Source of the DNA: Amoebidium appalachense
Lineage: Eukaryota > Protista > Ichthyosporea
NCBI GenBank assembly: GCA_963693365.1
Contig: CAVNZM010000004.1
Span: forward strand, 3,772,047 to 3,836,046
Reading direction: 5' to 3'
DNA: 64,000 nucleotides
Within the stretch, counting starts at the first letter, position 1. Each line of letters opens with the position of its first letter. The notes under the pieces are model-generated. The model ran no database searches. It worked only from the letters and a program-made list of their open reading frames with translations, and was not told where the DNA came from. The position numbers and the translations under genes were made by a program. This document shows, piece by piece, positions 35,827 to 49,558 of this stretch.

Positions 35827-35862
<36 letters not shown>

Positions 35863-36540
35863 ATCTTCCTCCTTCTCTCCCTGCCTCCCCCTCCTTCCCT
35901 CCCTCCCTCCCTCCCTCCCTCCCTCGATCCCTCTCTCTCTCTCCCTCCCCCCTCCCTCCCCCCTGTATCCCTCACCCTTTCTCCCCCTCTCCCCCCCCCC
36001 CCTCTCTCCTCTCCTTCTCTCTCTCTCTCTCTTGCTCTCTTTCTCTCTCTCTCCCCCGCCGTTCCCCCTTTCTCTACCTTCTCCCAAGGCTTCCAGTCCG
36101 ATCCCCCCCCCCCCCCCCCCCCCCCCCCCCACCAAAAAAAAAAAAAAAAAAAAAAAGCAGGAAGCCAACTAAATCATACACCCACACACCTAGTTTGTCC
36201 TTTACTATGATCCCAACTATGACTTCGCAATTGGTCATGGCTCTCTATCATGGAGTGCTTCTAGTTTCATTTTACCCCTACTACCCTCCCCCCCCCCCCC
36301 CCCCCCCCCACCCTCCCCAGCCCTTCCAGGGCAAGTGGAATCTATTTGTTTTAGCTATACATAGACCCTCAACACATCAGTCGTCCCACCCTTACTGCCC
36401 ACTCTTGCTACTACCTGCTTCCCCCCCACTCCTTCAAACACATGCACACGCACACAAACATACATGAACACCCCCCCCTTAAACCCGTCCTACAACCTCC
36501 CTCCCCCCCCCCCCCCCCCCCTCCCCCCAGGAACCCCCCC

Positions 36541-36640
36541 TGATGATGCGCTCTGTTCAAGTGTCTTCTGCCTTCACGCTTCAATTATTTGATTTTGGAC
36601 TTCCCGCTTTTGTGACGTTTTGTTGATGCTCGTTGTTGTC
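36541..36640 (-). mobile_element. Interspersed repeat fragment between C tracts
   Basis: Its reverse complement matches 43640-43750 (aaaacgt.acaaaag..aaatca; gcagaa.acacttgaacag). It shares the motif CACTTGAAC with the 13507 family. Confidence 0.5.
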
Positions 36641-36676
36641 TCCTCCATATTTCCATCCTCTACTAATGCATACATC

Positions 36677-36712
<36 letters not shown>

Positions 36713-37007
36713 AAAATAATTAACCAAAACTAAGGGATGGGAATGAACCTTCGGACATGACGAAAGAAGAGAGAGACTGAAAGGCTAGGGATGTTTGTTG
36801 GGACGAGTTGAATTGGATGGAAGAGAGAGGAAAGATAGGGAGTAGGAAAGATCAAGACAAAGGAGTAAAAACTCCTTTTTTGCAGCTAGTTTTGCCCACC
36901 TTCCACATGGCTTCATTACTTGCCAGCCTCTTCTTCTTGTTTTTCGTTCCTGTGCATCCCTTCCGTCTGGGCCTCAACACCCCTCCTTACATTGTTTTCC
37001 CTCACAG

Positions 37008-39655
37008 ATGGCCCCCTCTACCACCTCTTCCCAGAGCTCCTATTCAAGATTCTACGCAAACTACCCAGTGCCGACCGACTTTCATTTTCGCTGGTGTGCC
37101 GCCACTTCAGAAACTTAGCCCACTCACCCGAGGCTGGTACAATCACAATACACATGCCCGGCACGATACAGAGAACAGAGCACTTCGAAGATATGATCTG
37201 GCGAGATTTGGAGACGTCGAAACCGTGGGAAGAAGCGGTAGGGAGAGTTGTTATCGATGTTAACAAGTTTGTTTGCTTTGATCAAAATCAGTCGTCTAAG
37301 GACTTTGATTTGGAGGAACGATTTGATTGGCTTAACACCTTACTGCCCCTCGTGGACCCAACGTTTATCGAGGTCAAATTCGGCGGCCGCTGGAGTGATG
37401 ATTTGTTTTCATACATTGTGTTCAGCCATGTTGCGGCTATTCTCGTCCAAGCAAACGGTCGGTATACCAAATTGAGCAACTTTTACATACAGCTTACGCA
37501 ACTCGATACACCGGCTCGGGCGGATGGGTTGATTGCGTCAATCGTGGCGAACCAAGCACACACCCTCCGCTCTTTTGTCGTTATTGAAGGATGTACACCT
37601 CTTGATTCATTTTCGCAGCTGGGTGCGCTAACACATCTCGCTTTGAGCCACCGCCGGCACACTTGTTCGCCTCGGCAGCGTTTTCAGGTACCCACGTGCA
37701 CGGTTTTTGTCTTTGGACAATCACCCCCGTCTACGCTCATTGAAGATAAACCGCATGCCTGCTCTGCGCGTGATTCATTCCTCCTCCGTCCACGACCAAC
37801 TACAAGGGGTGTTATTGATGGCCTGCCCAAATTTGCGCGATGTGAGCGGCCTGTCGTATGGCAACAACCTTACACACATTACACTAGAGCATTGCGTTGC
37901 TCTAGGTAATGTAGTTTTCACACTGACTTCGGTTGTCCACCTAAAACTTGCATCACTGGGTGACGGGTTCACGTCGTTTACACTCAACCATCCAAATTTG
38001 CGTGTCATTTCAATCGCCGACTGCAAGGAATTACTAGAGTTCGGTGGGGACTCTGCAAGCGCGCCACATTCAGAGACAATAATGCTCGAACGATGTGGTG
38101 CACTGACAAACATCACCGGGCTGGGGCATGTTCCAAGCATCAAAAAAATCTACCTAGATACTTTAGGCCTGACCTCACTTTTCCCACTCAACCACCCACA
38201 CATGGCCTCTTTTCACATCCGGAATGCAATTCTCTTACCACTCTATGGGGCGAGGAAAACGAAATTTACGCACCGGTTCTGTCAGAGGTTTTTCTTATGG
38301 AATGTGAATCGCTCGTTGACTTTAGTGTTGTTAGCCACTTCCCAAATATGGAGTCCCTGGTGCTAAACGGACTTCACCAACTAACAACGCTTCCCCCCTG
38401 AACCAGCCCCGTCTGATAAAGCTTTTTATCACTGATTGCGCGTCATTAGCAGTTTAGGAGACAAACCCATCCATGTGCCGAAATTTTCCGATGTCGATTT
38501 GTCCTCTAGATCTTGCCCTTTGCTCTCGGACATTTCTGCGCTTGGGGGCATTCGATCAATCCAAACACTCACGCTCGCGCAGCTACCCGGACTGCGCACT
38601 ATCGAGTGTTTGCAGCCATATTCAAGTGGTGTCGCTGTCCCACTGCCCGAACTTGCCGGATGTGAGCGGACTGTATAATTGCAACAACCTTACAGACCTT
38701 ACACTAGAGCAATGCCAAGGTCTCAGTCTCAGCAGTGTAACTTCGAATTCCACACTAACTTCAGTTGTTCACATCGAACTCTCTTCATTGGGCATTGGTG
38801 CCACGTCGTTTCCACTGAACCATCCACGTTTGCGAACCATTCACATCAGCGACTGCCAGTCATTGGTAGAGTTCGGCGGGGTCTTTGCGATTGCGCCACA
38901 GCTGGAAGAAATAACACTTGACCGCTGTTTTGCATTAACCGACATCACCGGGTTGCAGCATTTTCCCAAAAAAAAATCGATTTACGGTATCTGCCCAGGC
39001 TCAACACACTTTTCCCGTTCAGGCACCCACACGTGGCCTTCCTTTCCATAACATGATCTCAGGCTCTCACCACACTATGGGACGAGGAAGACGAAATGTA
39101 CGCACCGGCACTATCAGAAATTTCTATTGTGGAATGTAACCAGCTTGTTAGCATCAATGCTATTAGCCAATTTCCAAATTTGGAGTCTCTGGTGCCACAC
39201 GGACGTCGCCACCTGGCAGCTATTTCCCCCCTGCACCACCCCCGTCTGATGAATCTTTCTATCATAGACTGCATGTGTCGTACAAGTTTCGGTGGCGGGC
39301 CTATTAATGCGCCTGAGCTTTCCACCATCCGTTTGGCCTCGTGCTGTATAGGCTTTCAGACATTTCCATGCTCGGAACTATCCATTTCATCCAAACACTG
39401 ACCCTTGAGCACCTACCCAACCTGCGCACTATCGAGTGTTTTCGAAACCACTGGCACCCGAATTTGAAACGTCTATTCATCGGTGCAAACCCCCACCTCG
39501 ACTGTACGGTGCTCGCAACATGTCCCAACATGACGCTCGAATCGATTTGTCAAATCAGCAGTGATCAGTACGCTGTTTCGAAATCAAACCGTCGGAAATC
39601 GAAATAATGAGTAGCAGAACTTGAGCGGGCAATACAGCTGAGGGATCAAGTATGA
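37008..39655 (+). pseudogene. F-box/LRR family copy 4; inverted, with a duplicated LRR array and multiple frameshifts and stops
   Basis: The acceptor ccctcacag| precedes the F-box (D)GPLYHLFPELLFKILRKLPSADRLSF. The LRR array occurs twice (~37795-38610 and ~38611-39440). The tail reads SK**VAELERAIQLRDQV*. Confidence 0.8.
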
Positions 39656-40343
39656 AAATCAGGTAACGACCCCCCCCCCCCCCCCCCCCCCCCGGAGGCT
39701 CCCCCCCCCCTGTTGGAGTACACTGGTACTCCCGGCTAGCAATGTCTGTTAGAGAAAGTTTCTGAGCAATTGAATAATTGTTTCAACACTCACTCGAGTG
39801 CATAGAGCTTTTGTTTACGGTCATATTCATATATGGTAGTCAATGATATGTTTGAGCCAAAACTGTACCAATGACGAGCTTCACTAGCAACGTGCTAATT
39901 GTGCTCATTAATTAATATTCCCGGTTCAGATGATGTCATGTCTATATTTGCCACAGGATTCTATTCTTAGAGTGGTAGTGTGCTTTATTCCCGGATATTC
40001 TCAGAATATTTTTAGTTGTGTGAAGTAAGATTTACGTTTAACTGCAATTGGTGTGTTAAACACGTTTATTTGTGTGCTTTAGTGCAAGTTAACTAGCCAC
40101 TCATCGTGCACAGTTAACTTTTATATCTTTAACGACTTGTTTTCATTGTGCTCTCTTTTCGGCCATGCTGTACATGGCCCACCACCAGGGTGCACACGAG
40201 GCCACCATGAGGTGGCCAACGACTATATAAAGCAGTGCCTCCCATGTCACAAACATGGGAAGCAGAACGTTTGATTTACACTTTTCTACTGTCGTTTTCA
40301 GTGCACAAAACACATAGACTAGTTACCCATCATACACGACACT

Positions 40344-40478
40344 ATGTCTGACAACTTACAGTTGCAGCAACTAGTCCAACTAGTGGAGCAGAGGTTGGCC
40401 TCACAAGATGCAATCATTTCTGACTTACAGAAGGAACAACGTGCACTAGAACTAGCTTCTATGAACACAATGTCCAAC

Positions 40479-40480
<2 letters not shown>
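40344..40480 (+). CDS. Possible short coiled-coil exon or gene fragment
   Basis: MSDNLQLQQLVQLVEQRLASQDAIISDLQKEQRALELAS lies about 120 bp downstream of TATATAAG (40224). It runs into poly-C and no continuation was found. Confidence 0.3.
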
Positions 40481-40535
<55 letters not shown>

Positions 40536-40727
40536 CCAAATCACCACCACCACCACTGCCACAACAAAAGAAAGAAAGAAAGAAAGAAAGAAACGAAGAA
40601 AATTCAAAAAAAAAAAAAAAAGAAAAGAAAAGAAAGAAAAAGAAAGAAAGAAAGAAGAAAAGAAAGACATTAACCCACGTATACGACACCAAAGAGAAAC
40701 CGTCATCATAAACCCACATCACACAAT

Positions 40728-40758
<31 letters not shown>

Positions 40759-41250
40759 TATTCTCACCTGCAAACAACCTACTACATTTCTCAGCCCAAA
40801 CCAACCTCTGTATCCCCAATCAGACTTCTGCATCCTACCAGCCCACCTCATTCCACTTACCCCCCATTCCTGCACTCAGACCGTGATGTTACCAGAAAGG
40901 ACACGTGCACACCAAGAACTCTACCCTTCTTTTTCCCCCTCCCCCATGTACCCCATCCTCCATCATACCCCTCGTTTTCTTTCGACCTCCTTTTATGTAC
41001 CCTTCTTCAGCCCGTTTGCCATATAATAGGGTTCAACTTGGGGATAAGTGTTGTTAAAACACTATATATTGTGTGTGTGAGTGTGTGTACGTTTGTGAGT
41101 TTGTTCGTGTGTGTGTGTATGTGTGCGTATGTGCATGCAAGTGTCTGTGTGTGTGTCTGTGGTAAACTGGGATGTGATGTGGGTACGGGAGGTCGATTGA
41201 ATTGGGTGGGTGGGGGGGGGGAGGTGGGGTCGATGACTTTTTTTTTTTTT

Positions 41251-41281
<31 letters not shown>

Positions 41282-41441
41282 GGGGGGGTCTAGGAGGGTA
41301 GTACTGGGCTGACAGTGTTATATTTACTGTTCTTTGGTTGTGGACAGGGGGGGGGGGGGGGGGAGGGCGGCTCCTTTAATCAAGAGTGCCTCGGAAGGGT
41401 GGGTTTGGGAAGTTAAGGGGGAGACAAGGAAGGTTGCCCTG

Positions 41442-41472
<31 letters not shown>

Positions 41473-42795
41473 TGTGTGCGCCACGGTGTGTGTATGGTGT
41501 GTGTTTGTGTGTGTGTGTGTGTGTTTGGGGGGGGGGGGGGGGGGGGGAGGGGGGGGGGGGGGGGAAGAAAGGAGTAGGGCGTACGAACAATGCTATCACT
41601 CACACGGCGGCCCGTCACAGGTGGTTCTCGTCGGCTGGTCTGGGCTAGGCGGTGGGTGGTTGCAAAATCATAGGGGGTGGCGGCTAAAGGGTGGCCGGAA
41701 CGACAATCTGGGGAAATCATGGCTAATTTGTTTTGATTGTGGTTTTTTTTTCCAGATTTCATTTCAAGAGGTTGTTTTAACGGTTTTTCTTCCCATTGAT
41801 TAAACTCATTCTCCTCGTGTCTGCTTCCTAGGCATCATGTTGTTTCTTCCCTTTTTTTGTGTAGGTATGTGTTCAGACAATGTCAACTTCCTTTCATTAT
41901 TATTCCTGTTGGTGCTCATCCATAGTCAGCGTTATGGTGGTTTTTTCCCTACCCTCCCGTTCCTGTCCTTGTTCTTCTTTCTTTCTTCCTTCCCTCGATG
42001 TTCCCCTTTAATATTAATCCCAGCGCTATAACTAATATATGAGGATCAGTTTCTATGTTACCTCTGGATGTAGATCACGCTCGCTGAATCATTATTGTTC
42101 CTAATTAGAAGATGCATGACTGTTGGTGACTGGTTGGTTGGTTGGTTTTCCTTGGTTGGTTCGCCGGTTTTCGTTTCCCGGGGATGGGGGGGGGGGGGGG
42201 GGGGGGAGGGGCGGGGGGGGGGGGGGGGGGGGGATAATATGTATGTATACATGTATGCTACGTCACGTGTTTTATAGTTAATTTTACTATGATCAATGTG
42301 GCTGTGTGGGTAAATGTGTCACTGACATGCACGGCATGCTACAATTGAATCCGTCATCTGAGAAGCCATGGTTATCTTTCGATGTGGAGGGGTCGCGGTT
42401 TCTGGTGGCTGGGGGGTGATTTTTCTTTTTGAAGGGACTCCGAGGTGGGAGGAGGGGTCCGGGGGGGGGGGGGGGGTCGTTGTGCACCCCATTCCTTTGC
42501 TACATTTTCTTACCTCAACGTTGATGTACACATAAGCAACGAACAAAAATATTTTTAAATATTCTGAAGTGATACTGGGGGAGAAGGGGGGGGGGCTTCT
42601 GGCCTCAGTAGCTTATTGGCAATCATTCTGGTTCATGTGAAGTTAGAAAGCTTTTGATGTAAACTACGGGAACTCCGTTCAAACCTGATAGTACAAAACG
42701 ATACGGCATGCGCGACAAATACCGTAAAAACAACCCACCTGTGATGTTTATTCTATAATTGTATTGCCACTTTTTGCCTGTGGTTCGGGGGTGAG

Positions 42796-42836
<41 letters not shown>

Positions 42837-42851
42837 AAAAAAAAAGAAAAG

Positions 42852-42911
<60 letters not shown>

Positions 42912-43639
42912 GCACACGCCGTGACGCCCGAGCGCAGGTGCGCAGGCACACGCGCACACATAAGCACACCATGCTCGCCCACGGGCACACAATCACACTC
43001 ACACCCACACATGTAAAACAGAAGCACCCACGCGCGCACACACATACCCGGGCACATAAACACATACAGGGATGTGCACGCGCGCATGCACGCACACAGG
43101 CACACACTCGCACGCACACGCACGCACGCACACACACGCACGCACACACACACACAAGAAGAAAGAAAGAAAATTTAAGCGAGAACGATGGGGAAACGAA
43201 GGAAAGGAAACAAGAAGCTTTTGACGTAAATTCGGTAACAAATAACCGTTGAACTACAATATTATTATTAGTAACGGTTTGGATTCGAGTGAACCCCCCC
43301 CCCCCCCCCCCCTCCCCCCTCCCCCCCTCTCCCCCACCAAAAAAGAAGTTTTGAGGATGATGTTACTTAACCCCTTTCGTATCTACACACGCAACACACA
43401 TTCGCCCACACGTGCAGCACACACACACACACACACACACACGCACGTACAGACAGACGCACACACACACACAGACACACACACACACAAACACGTATGT
43501 GCACCTTACCAAACTTCTGCATTCAGCCTCGAGGCTGTGCATTCTTCAAGCACGCCCGGGAGAGGGTGGGGAGGGGAGGAGGGGGGGGGAGGGGGAGAAC
43601 AATGTATGCAACGGAGGTATGGAATCATGGAGGGGGCTT

Positions 43640-43750
43640 CAAACGACAAAAGCATAAAACGTTACAAAAGTACAAGAACCAGAAATCACTGAACCTTGTA
43701 AAAAAATACAAACGTGCATGCAGAAAACACTTGAACAGTGTTATCCTCAT
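43640..43750 (+). mobile_element. Interspersed repeat fragment between G-rich tracts
   Basis: Matches the reverse complement of 36541-36640. Confidence 0.5.
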
Positions 43751-43835
43751 AGGAGTCCCACGAAGGAGGGAGGGAGGGAGGGAGGGAGGGAGGCCGGGAG
43801 GGGGGAGGGTGTGTATGTGCCTGTATGTGCGTGTA

Positions 43836-43893
<58 letters not shown>

Positions 43894-44373
43894 GGGAGGA
43901 GCTGCATTCGAGGAAGCATGCAACTGATAGCCTGGAGTACTTATCAAGTTACCATTACCGCAAGGTACTGCTTGCTTGTGCCGCAGGCGCACGTACGTGT
44001 ACACATACACATGCACTTATTAACAAACAGTAACAAGCGGAGGGTTCCCTTAGGAAGCAACATCACACATTCATTACAACCACGATTCATTCATTCCATT
44101 TCATCAGTTGACCAGTGTGTATTAACATAGTCACAGAAGATCTCATACAAAAACAGTTGTACTAGGCGAACACACAACTCATACGACACTCAGTGTTACG
44201 GTACGGCGTTAAGTTTGTTGATGTTGCCAACATATGTGACCACAAACATCAATTTCATTTGTTCTGTGTTGTGAGTGAGTGAAAATCATAAGACGCTATG
44301 GAGCTACTACTTTTAGCATTAACAGCATTCAATTGGTCGGGTGGGTGAAGGGCCTTGGTTTCGTGCCTCGTTC

Positions 44374-44466
44374 CTATTGGCCCGGAGCCTTGTCACGTGC
44401 ACGAAATTCATCGGCTCTATCCCCGCTCAGAAGGTCGTGGCCGTCCAGATGACACACGTAGACATC

Positions 44467-44521
<55 letters not shown>

Positions 44522-44870
44522 CGTGCGCGCGCGCGTGTGCGGACATGTGTGTGTATGTGTTGTTGTTCGTGTTATTGCCTGTGCGTACGTGTGAGTGTGA
44601 ATGGAGTGTCTATGTGTAAGCCCCCCTCGGGGGGGGGGGGGGGGGGGGGGGGTTTGAATGCGTCAAAAAGTACGAAGGGGGGGGGGGGGGGGGGGGGGAT
44701 GCGCACGCATGTGTGTATGGCATGAGTCATGTCAGCGGTGCTTGCTAAATGGTGGCATAGATGATATTGGGTTTAGGTGAGAGAGCGGCAAGGGTTGGAC
44801 CACTGCGGCGGGGCAAGGGGGGGGGGGGGGGGGGGGGGGAGTGATGGAGGGAGGGATGGATTGAGAAAGA

Positions 44871-44951
<81 letters not shown>

Positions 44952-46588
44952 GTGTTTGTGCACGAGCGTGTATGGTGGAGTTGAGAGGGCTTATTATTCT
45001 TCTTATACGAGTATATCTCTGGATGTGTTTGGTCATCACATACCTATTTAGACTGGGGGGGGGAGGCAGGGGAGGAGGGAGGGAGGGATTTTCGATCCGG
45101 AAATCAGTACCAAGCACAACTATACGATGAGAAACACAGTGCAGGACACAAACAAAAGCAAACATTCGAGTGTGCAACATCAGCAATGAGCAGTATGCAG
45201 CATAAGCAGAGCCCATTCTAAGGTGCGGCCCTAGCCATTCAGAGCATCTGAGTTTTAATCCCTCATCTGGAAGGGGTGGAAGTTGGCGGTGGTGGGGGGG
45301 AGGGGGGAGGTTACCTGTTCCATCATCATACACGTACGTCCCGTACTTTTCAAATGCACTCATTCCGTTTGCACGGATATCTGCAATCTGAATCTGACCG
45401 AATTTGTCTTCGATAAACCCTCCTCTGGCCACTCGGTTGTCCGGTCCAAACACGAAATTCCGGTAATATTCCGTTTTGCATATGTGGGTGCTGTCGTGCC
45501 ACTGGAGGAGGGGTAGAAATCGGAGGTTGTTGACTATGAGGGCTTCTGTTTTGATGGCGTATCTGCGAAAGGAGGGGGGGGGGGGGGGTTAGAAGGCATT
45601 ACAAAGTACGGAGGACAACTTTCACGACGGACAACGCAATGCAGATTCTCAAGGGTGTGTGTGTGTGTGTTGGGGGCTCCCGGGGGAGGAGGGGGGGGGG
45701 GGGGGGGGGGGGAAGGGGAGGAAAATAAGGGCACACAAAGAATGGGGGGATGGTGTGTGTGTGTGTGTGTGTGTGTGTGGAGGGGGGGGGGGGGGGGGGG
45801 GGGAAGGGGGGGGGGCAATTCAAGAACCAGTCTGCAAAACAAGGTGTCAACTAAATTCTGTCGACAGCGCGGGACATTTTACAGAAGAATGAAAGAATAA
45901 AAGGACATGGCGGATATGGGTGGGGGGGGATGGGAAGGGTTGAACAAATCCGTATCTCAAAATATTGCAATCAATAGGGGGGAGAAGGGGGGGGGGGGGG
46001 GGGGGGGGGGGGATTAAAGTCTACGGGTACCCAATACATGAGCATAACAAGCAGCCGGCCTTCACATGCACAAGTCTGGCAAAGGGTGCACAAACCCAGG
46101 CTAGAGCATCAAAAAAGTTAAATCCATCCAAAAGTCAAAGCAGCACGGATTTTGGGGCGGCGCCCACGGGGAGGGGGAGAGGGGGGAGGCGGGGGGAGGG
46201 GAAGCGGGGGAGGAGGGACAAGGGTAATGGCTGTGCATTATGACACAGATATGGGAGGTGGTTGTGGAAAATGTAGGCAGCCATGCCCCCTCCCCCTCCC
46301 CCCCCCCCCTTCCCCTCCCCCCAATATATATTTATTTATATATAATATATATATATATACTATAAAAATAAATAACAAACTACGGGCTACTCTGGCAGTT
46401 AAGGAAACTAAATGACAAGGGACTCCACAAAGGTTAGATGACACACAGCTAGAGATCCCCCCGCTCCCCTCCCCTCCCCCCTCCCCCCCTCCCCCCCCCC
46501 CAAAAAAAAAAACAAAAACAAAAAAAAAACACACCAGAAGGCTCTCGGGAAGGAGGAAAAGAGTGGGAGAAGGGGTGGGGGGTACGTT

Positions 46589-46658
<70 letters not shown>

Positions 46659-48262
46659 CATTACCTTTGTGTGTGTGTGTGTGTGTGTGTGCGAGTGCGA
46701 GTGTGAGTGTGTGTGTGCTTGCGCGCATGCGTTTGGGCCCGGGCGGGGCGGGGCGCCGGGGGCGGGGGGGGGAGGGAGGGAGGGACGGATATACTTTGAG
46801 ACGGTCTTATGCAGCAGGTCACGGGTGGTGCCTATGCGCAGGCCCACATAGTTGAGTGCATTGCTGCCCTCCATGGCTGTGATCAGCGGCTGCACATCAA
46901 TGCCCTGTGTGTGTGTGTGTGTGTGTATTTGTGTGTGTGTGGGGGGGGGGGGGGGGGGGGGGGGAGGGGGAGGTTAAGAAGGGAGGAGAGTGGGCAGGAA
47001 GAGCGGGGGAGGGGAATTGGGTTTCAGTTAATGAAAAAAATGCAGGTGTGTGGATGTGTAGGGCAGGAAGAAGGAAGGGGGAGGACATGGGTGGTTGGAG
47101 TTGGGGAACAGGGAAAAGGGAGGGGGGGGGGGGGGGGGGGGGGTTGTCAGGTGTGTCAACACGGCAGCTAGGTTGCAAACGTGTGTGTATCTTTTGCCTC
47201 GCCTTTCTTTGTATGATCCCCTGGGCCTGTTTTGAGCTTACGTTTTGTTATGTGCATGTGAGTCTGTCAGCTCGTGTGTGCTTGTGTGTGTTGGTATATG
47301 TGAGCGCGTATGTGTCGTGTGTGTGTGTGTGTGTCTCTGTGTTTCTATGTGTGTGCAGGTGGTGGTTGGTTGGATGGTTGGATGGGCGAGTATATAGATC
47401 TGCTGGACAAAGGTGAAGCGAGATCAGCCGTTCAGCATAGGTGGTGTGCTGTGCACACGAGCAAATCTGCTAGGAGTTATTTGTTTCTGTGTGTGTGCAC
47501 AGGTGTTTCAGCTAATGTGGCCGGTGGGACGGGCGGGCAGACGACACGAGATGGACGAACGCAAGGGTGCTTTATTAAGGGGCAATGCCCCCTCCAAGGG
47601 AAAGTCCGTGCGGGGGGGGGGGGGGGGGGGGGGGGGGAAGGGGAGGAGTGAGATGGGGGAAAGGGGCGAGGGAGGGGGGGGAGGGGGCGCAGGGCGGGGG
47701 GGGGGGGGGGGGGAGGGGGGGGGGGGGGGGAGGGGGGCGGGGTGCTCTAAAATTTCCGCCTTAAAGAATCAAAGTTGCCAAAGCGAAAAGCGGCTATAAA
47801 ACGAGGAAAGTGGGAAAAGAAGGAGTTCGGGATTGGAGCCGGGACGTTTTTTACCTTGACAAAGTTTCTGTCGTGCTGCACCACCTTCACATAAGGTGTA
47901 GTTACCAGCTCCAAAGCCTGCTTGACCGCAAAACCAAATCCGTTCCTCTCCTCCAACGCATGTATTGTCGCTCCATACAGGCAACTCTCTTTTGTTTCTG
48001 ACAGCTGCCTCAATCTCTCGATAAACTGCCCGTATTTCTCTATGCCCTCCTGTGTGATTATACCTGAACGATGCTTTGCCTTCTCACCTGTTTTGTATCC
48101 ATCACACACGATTATTAATCTGCATGTGCCTAGTTGGTTAACATGTGCGAAACTGTGAAGCACAGCTTCTATCATACGAGTGTCTGGATTGGTCACAACG
48201 GGAGACGTTGTCAGGAGGACCGTCAGCCTGTCACGGAGCGAAACATCACCTGCAGGAGTCAT
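44374..48262 (-). CDS. Uncharacterised GT-A-fold (glycosyltransferase 2-like) protein, 4 exons, 286 aa
   Basis: Exons 48262-47855, 46904-46795, 45562-45315 and 44468-44374 sum to 861 nt, with GT-AG introns, consistent phases and a TAG stop. The motifs [40 protein letters not shown] and HLDG follow the GT-A order; QHD sits at the DxD-like position. The function is inferred. Confidence 0.8.
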
Positions 48263-49389
48263 TTTTGCGGTGAAGGAGAGTGTAGAAGCGAAGGGAGTTG
48301 TAAGGTTGTGGCAGCTTGTATTATGTTAAGGATTACACATAAAAAACTTGTTTTTTCTTGTGTAACTATATAAGGAATATAACTAACAACGTTCCGCGCG
48401 CTGAAGTTCCCGCTACATACCAACGTGCACAGCTCTCCCATCGAACCAGCCTGAGTTCGGTTGGTGGGTGCAGGCCTAGGCCTGGCCATGGGGTGCACGG
48501 TGCACACACTGGTGCACACGTGTCGATATGTCACACATATGCAGGAAATAGTCTGCACCTTGAGTACGTCAACAATGACGTCAATATACCAAAAAAACGC
48601 AAATATGAACCGTAAGAATGAGTTTTAGGATTTTTTGTGTAGACTAATTCTTGCTGGTGCGCGCTGGTGCAATCACAATCGCGGTAGAATGGTGATTTGC
48701 TAATGGCTGTATAACTCGGACCGACAGCCTCAGGCGACAGGCGCCGGAAAGCATCAATAATTTGATAATGTTACAAAAAGGAATTTTTGTTGGTATAAAA
48801 GTTATTTGTTCTGTTTCAAACATTTGAAGTGTAGGTACCCGCCGTTTCACTGACTGGAAGGCATTTCAGGATCTTCGAAGGTCGTGGATTTCTCTAAAAT
48901 TACGTCAGCGCATACCTGCTTTAGTAGCCTTCCAATCAATAATGTTGATCAATCACATGCTTCCACAAAACACCTTATATAGCAAGATAAACAAATCTTG
49001 CAAATTCCACAGATTGGGAGTGGAACCACTGCATGTGACAGTCGGCCGTCAGTGGCCCGTCACCTGGCGCGGAAAATAGAAACGTTATGTAGGGTACGTG
49101 TGTAAACAACTGCTTTGATGAATTACTTCGAAATCGAGTTGTGGTTTCCAAGCTTACCAGGGGCTGATGATGTTTATGAGAAAATGATGTGGAAATCCAG
49201 GCGCGTATCATCATGCGCGCAGCTGCAGCAAAGGCTGGCACTGCCGAGGCAGCAGCCGTCGGACGGCGTCGGTTCATGTGTTCCACCGGCAAAGCAGGCT
49301 GATTCGTTACCTGTGACTCAGCGTTGAAGGTCGTAGCCAAGTACTAGTACTTTGCCATGTGAGTACTGTTGGGCACGGGAGGTCACGGG

Positions 49390-49397
49390 TATAAAAG
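49390..49397 (+). promoter_or_regulatory. TATA box (TATAAAAG)
   Basis: A consensus TATA box about 170 bp upstream of the ATG at 49559. Confidence 0.5.
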
Positions 49398-49558
49398 CCG
49401 CTACAGCACTAGTTTTGCTACTCCCAGAATTCTCCAAAAGCTTTAAATTTAACGAGTGCAAATCACCGTACACGCCTGATCAACAGCCTACAGGCATCTG
49501 CCAGCCAGCTAAGGACACCAACACACAAATACCCCTGCAGCAACTGAACTCCAAGAAA

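Noticed and set aside
49352-49558. N-terminal extension of the 403-aa ORF from a TTG start
   Set aside because: It is a non-ATG start that overlaps the TATA box. The ATG at 49559 is the more plausible start.
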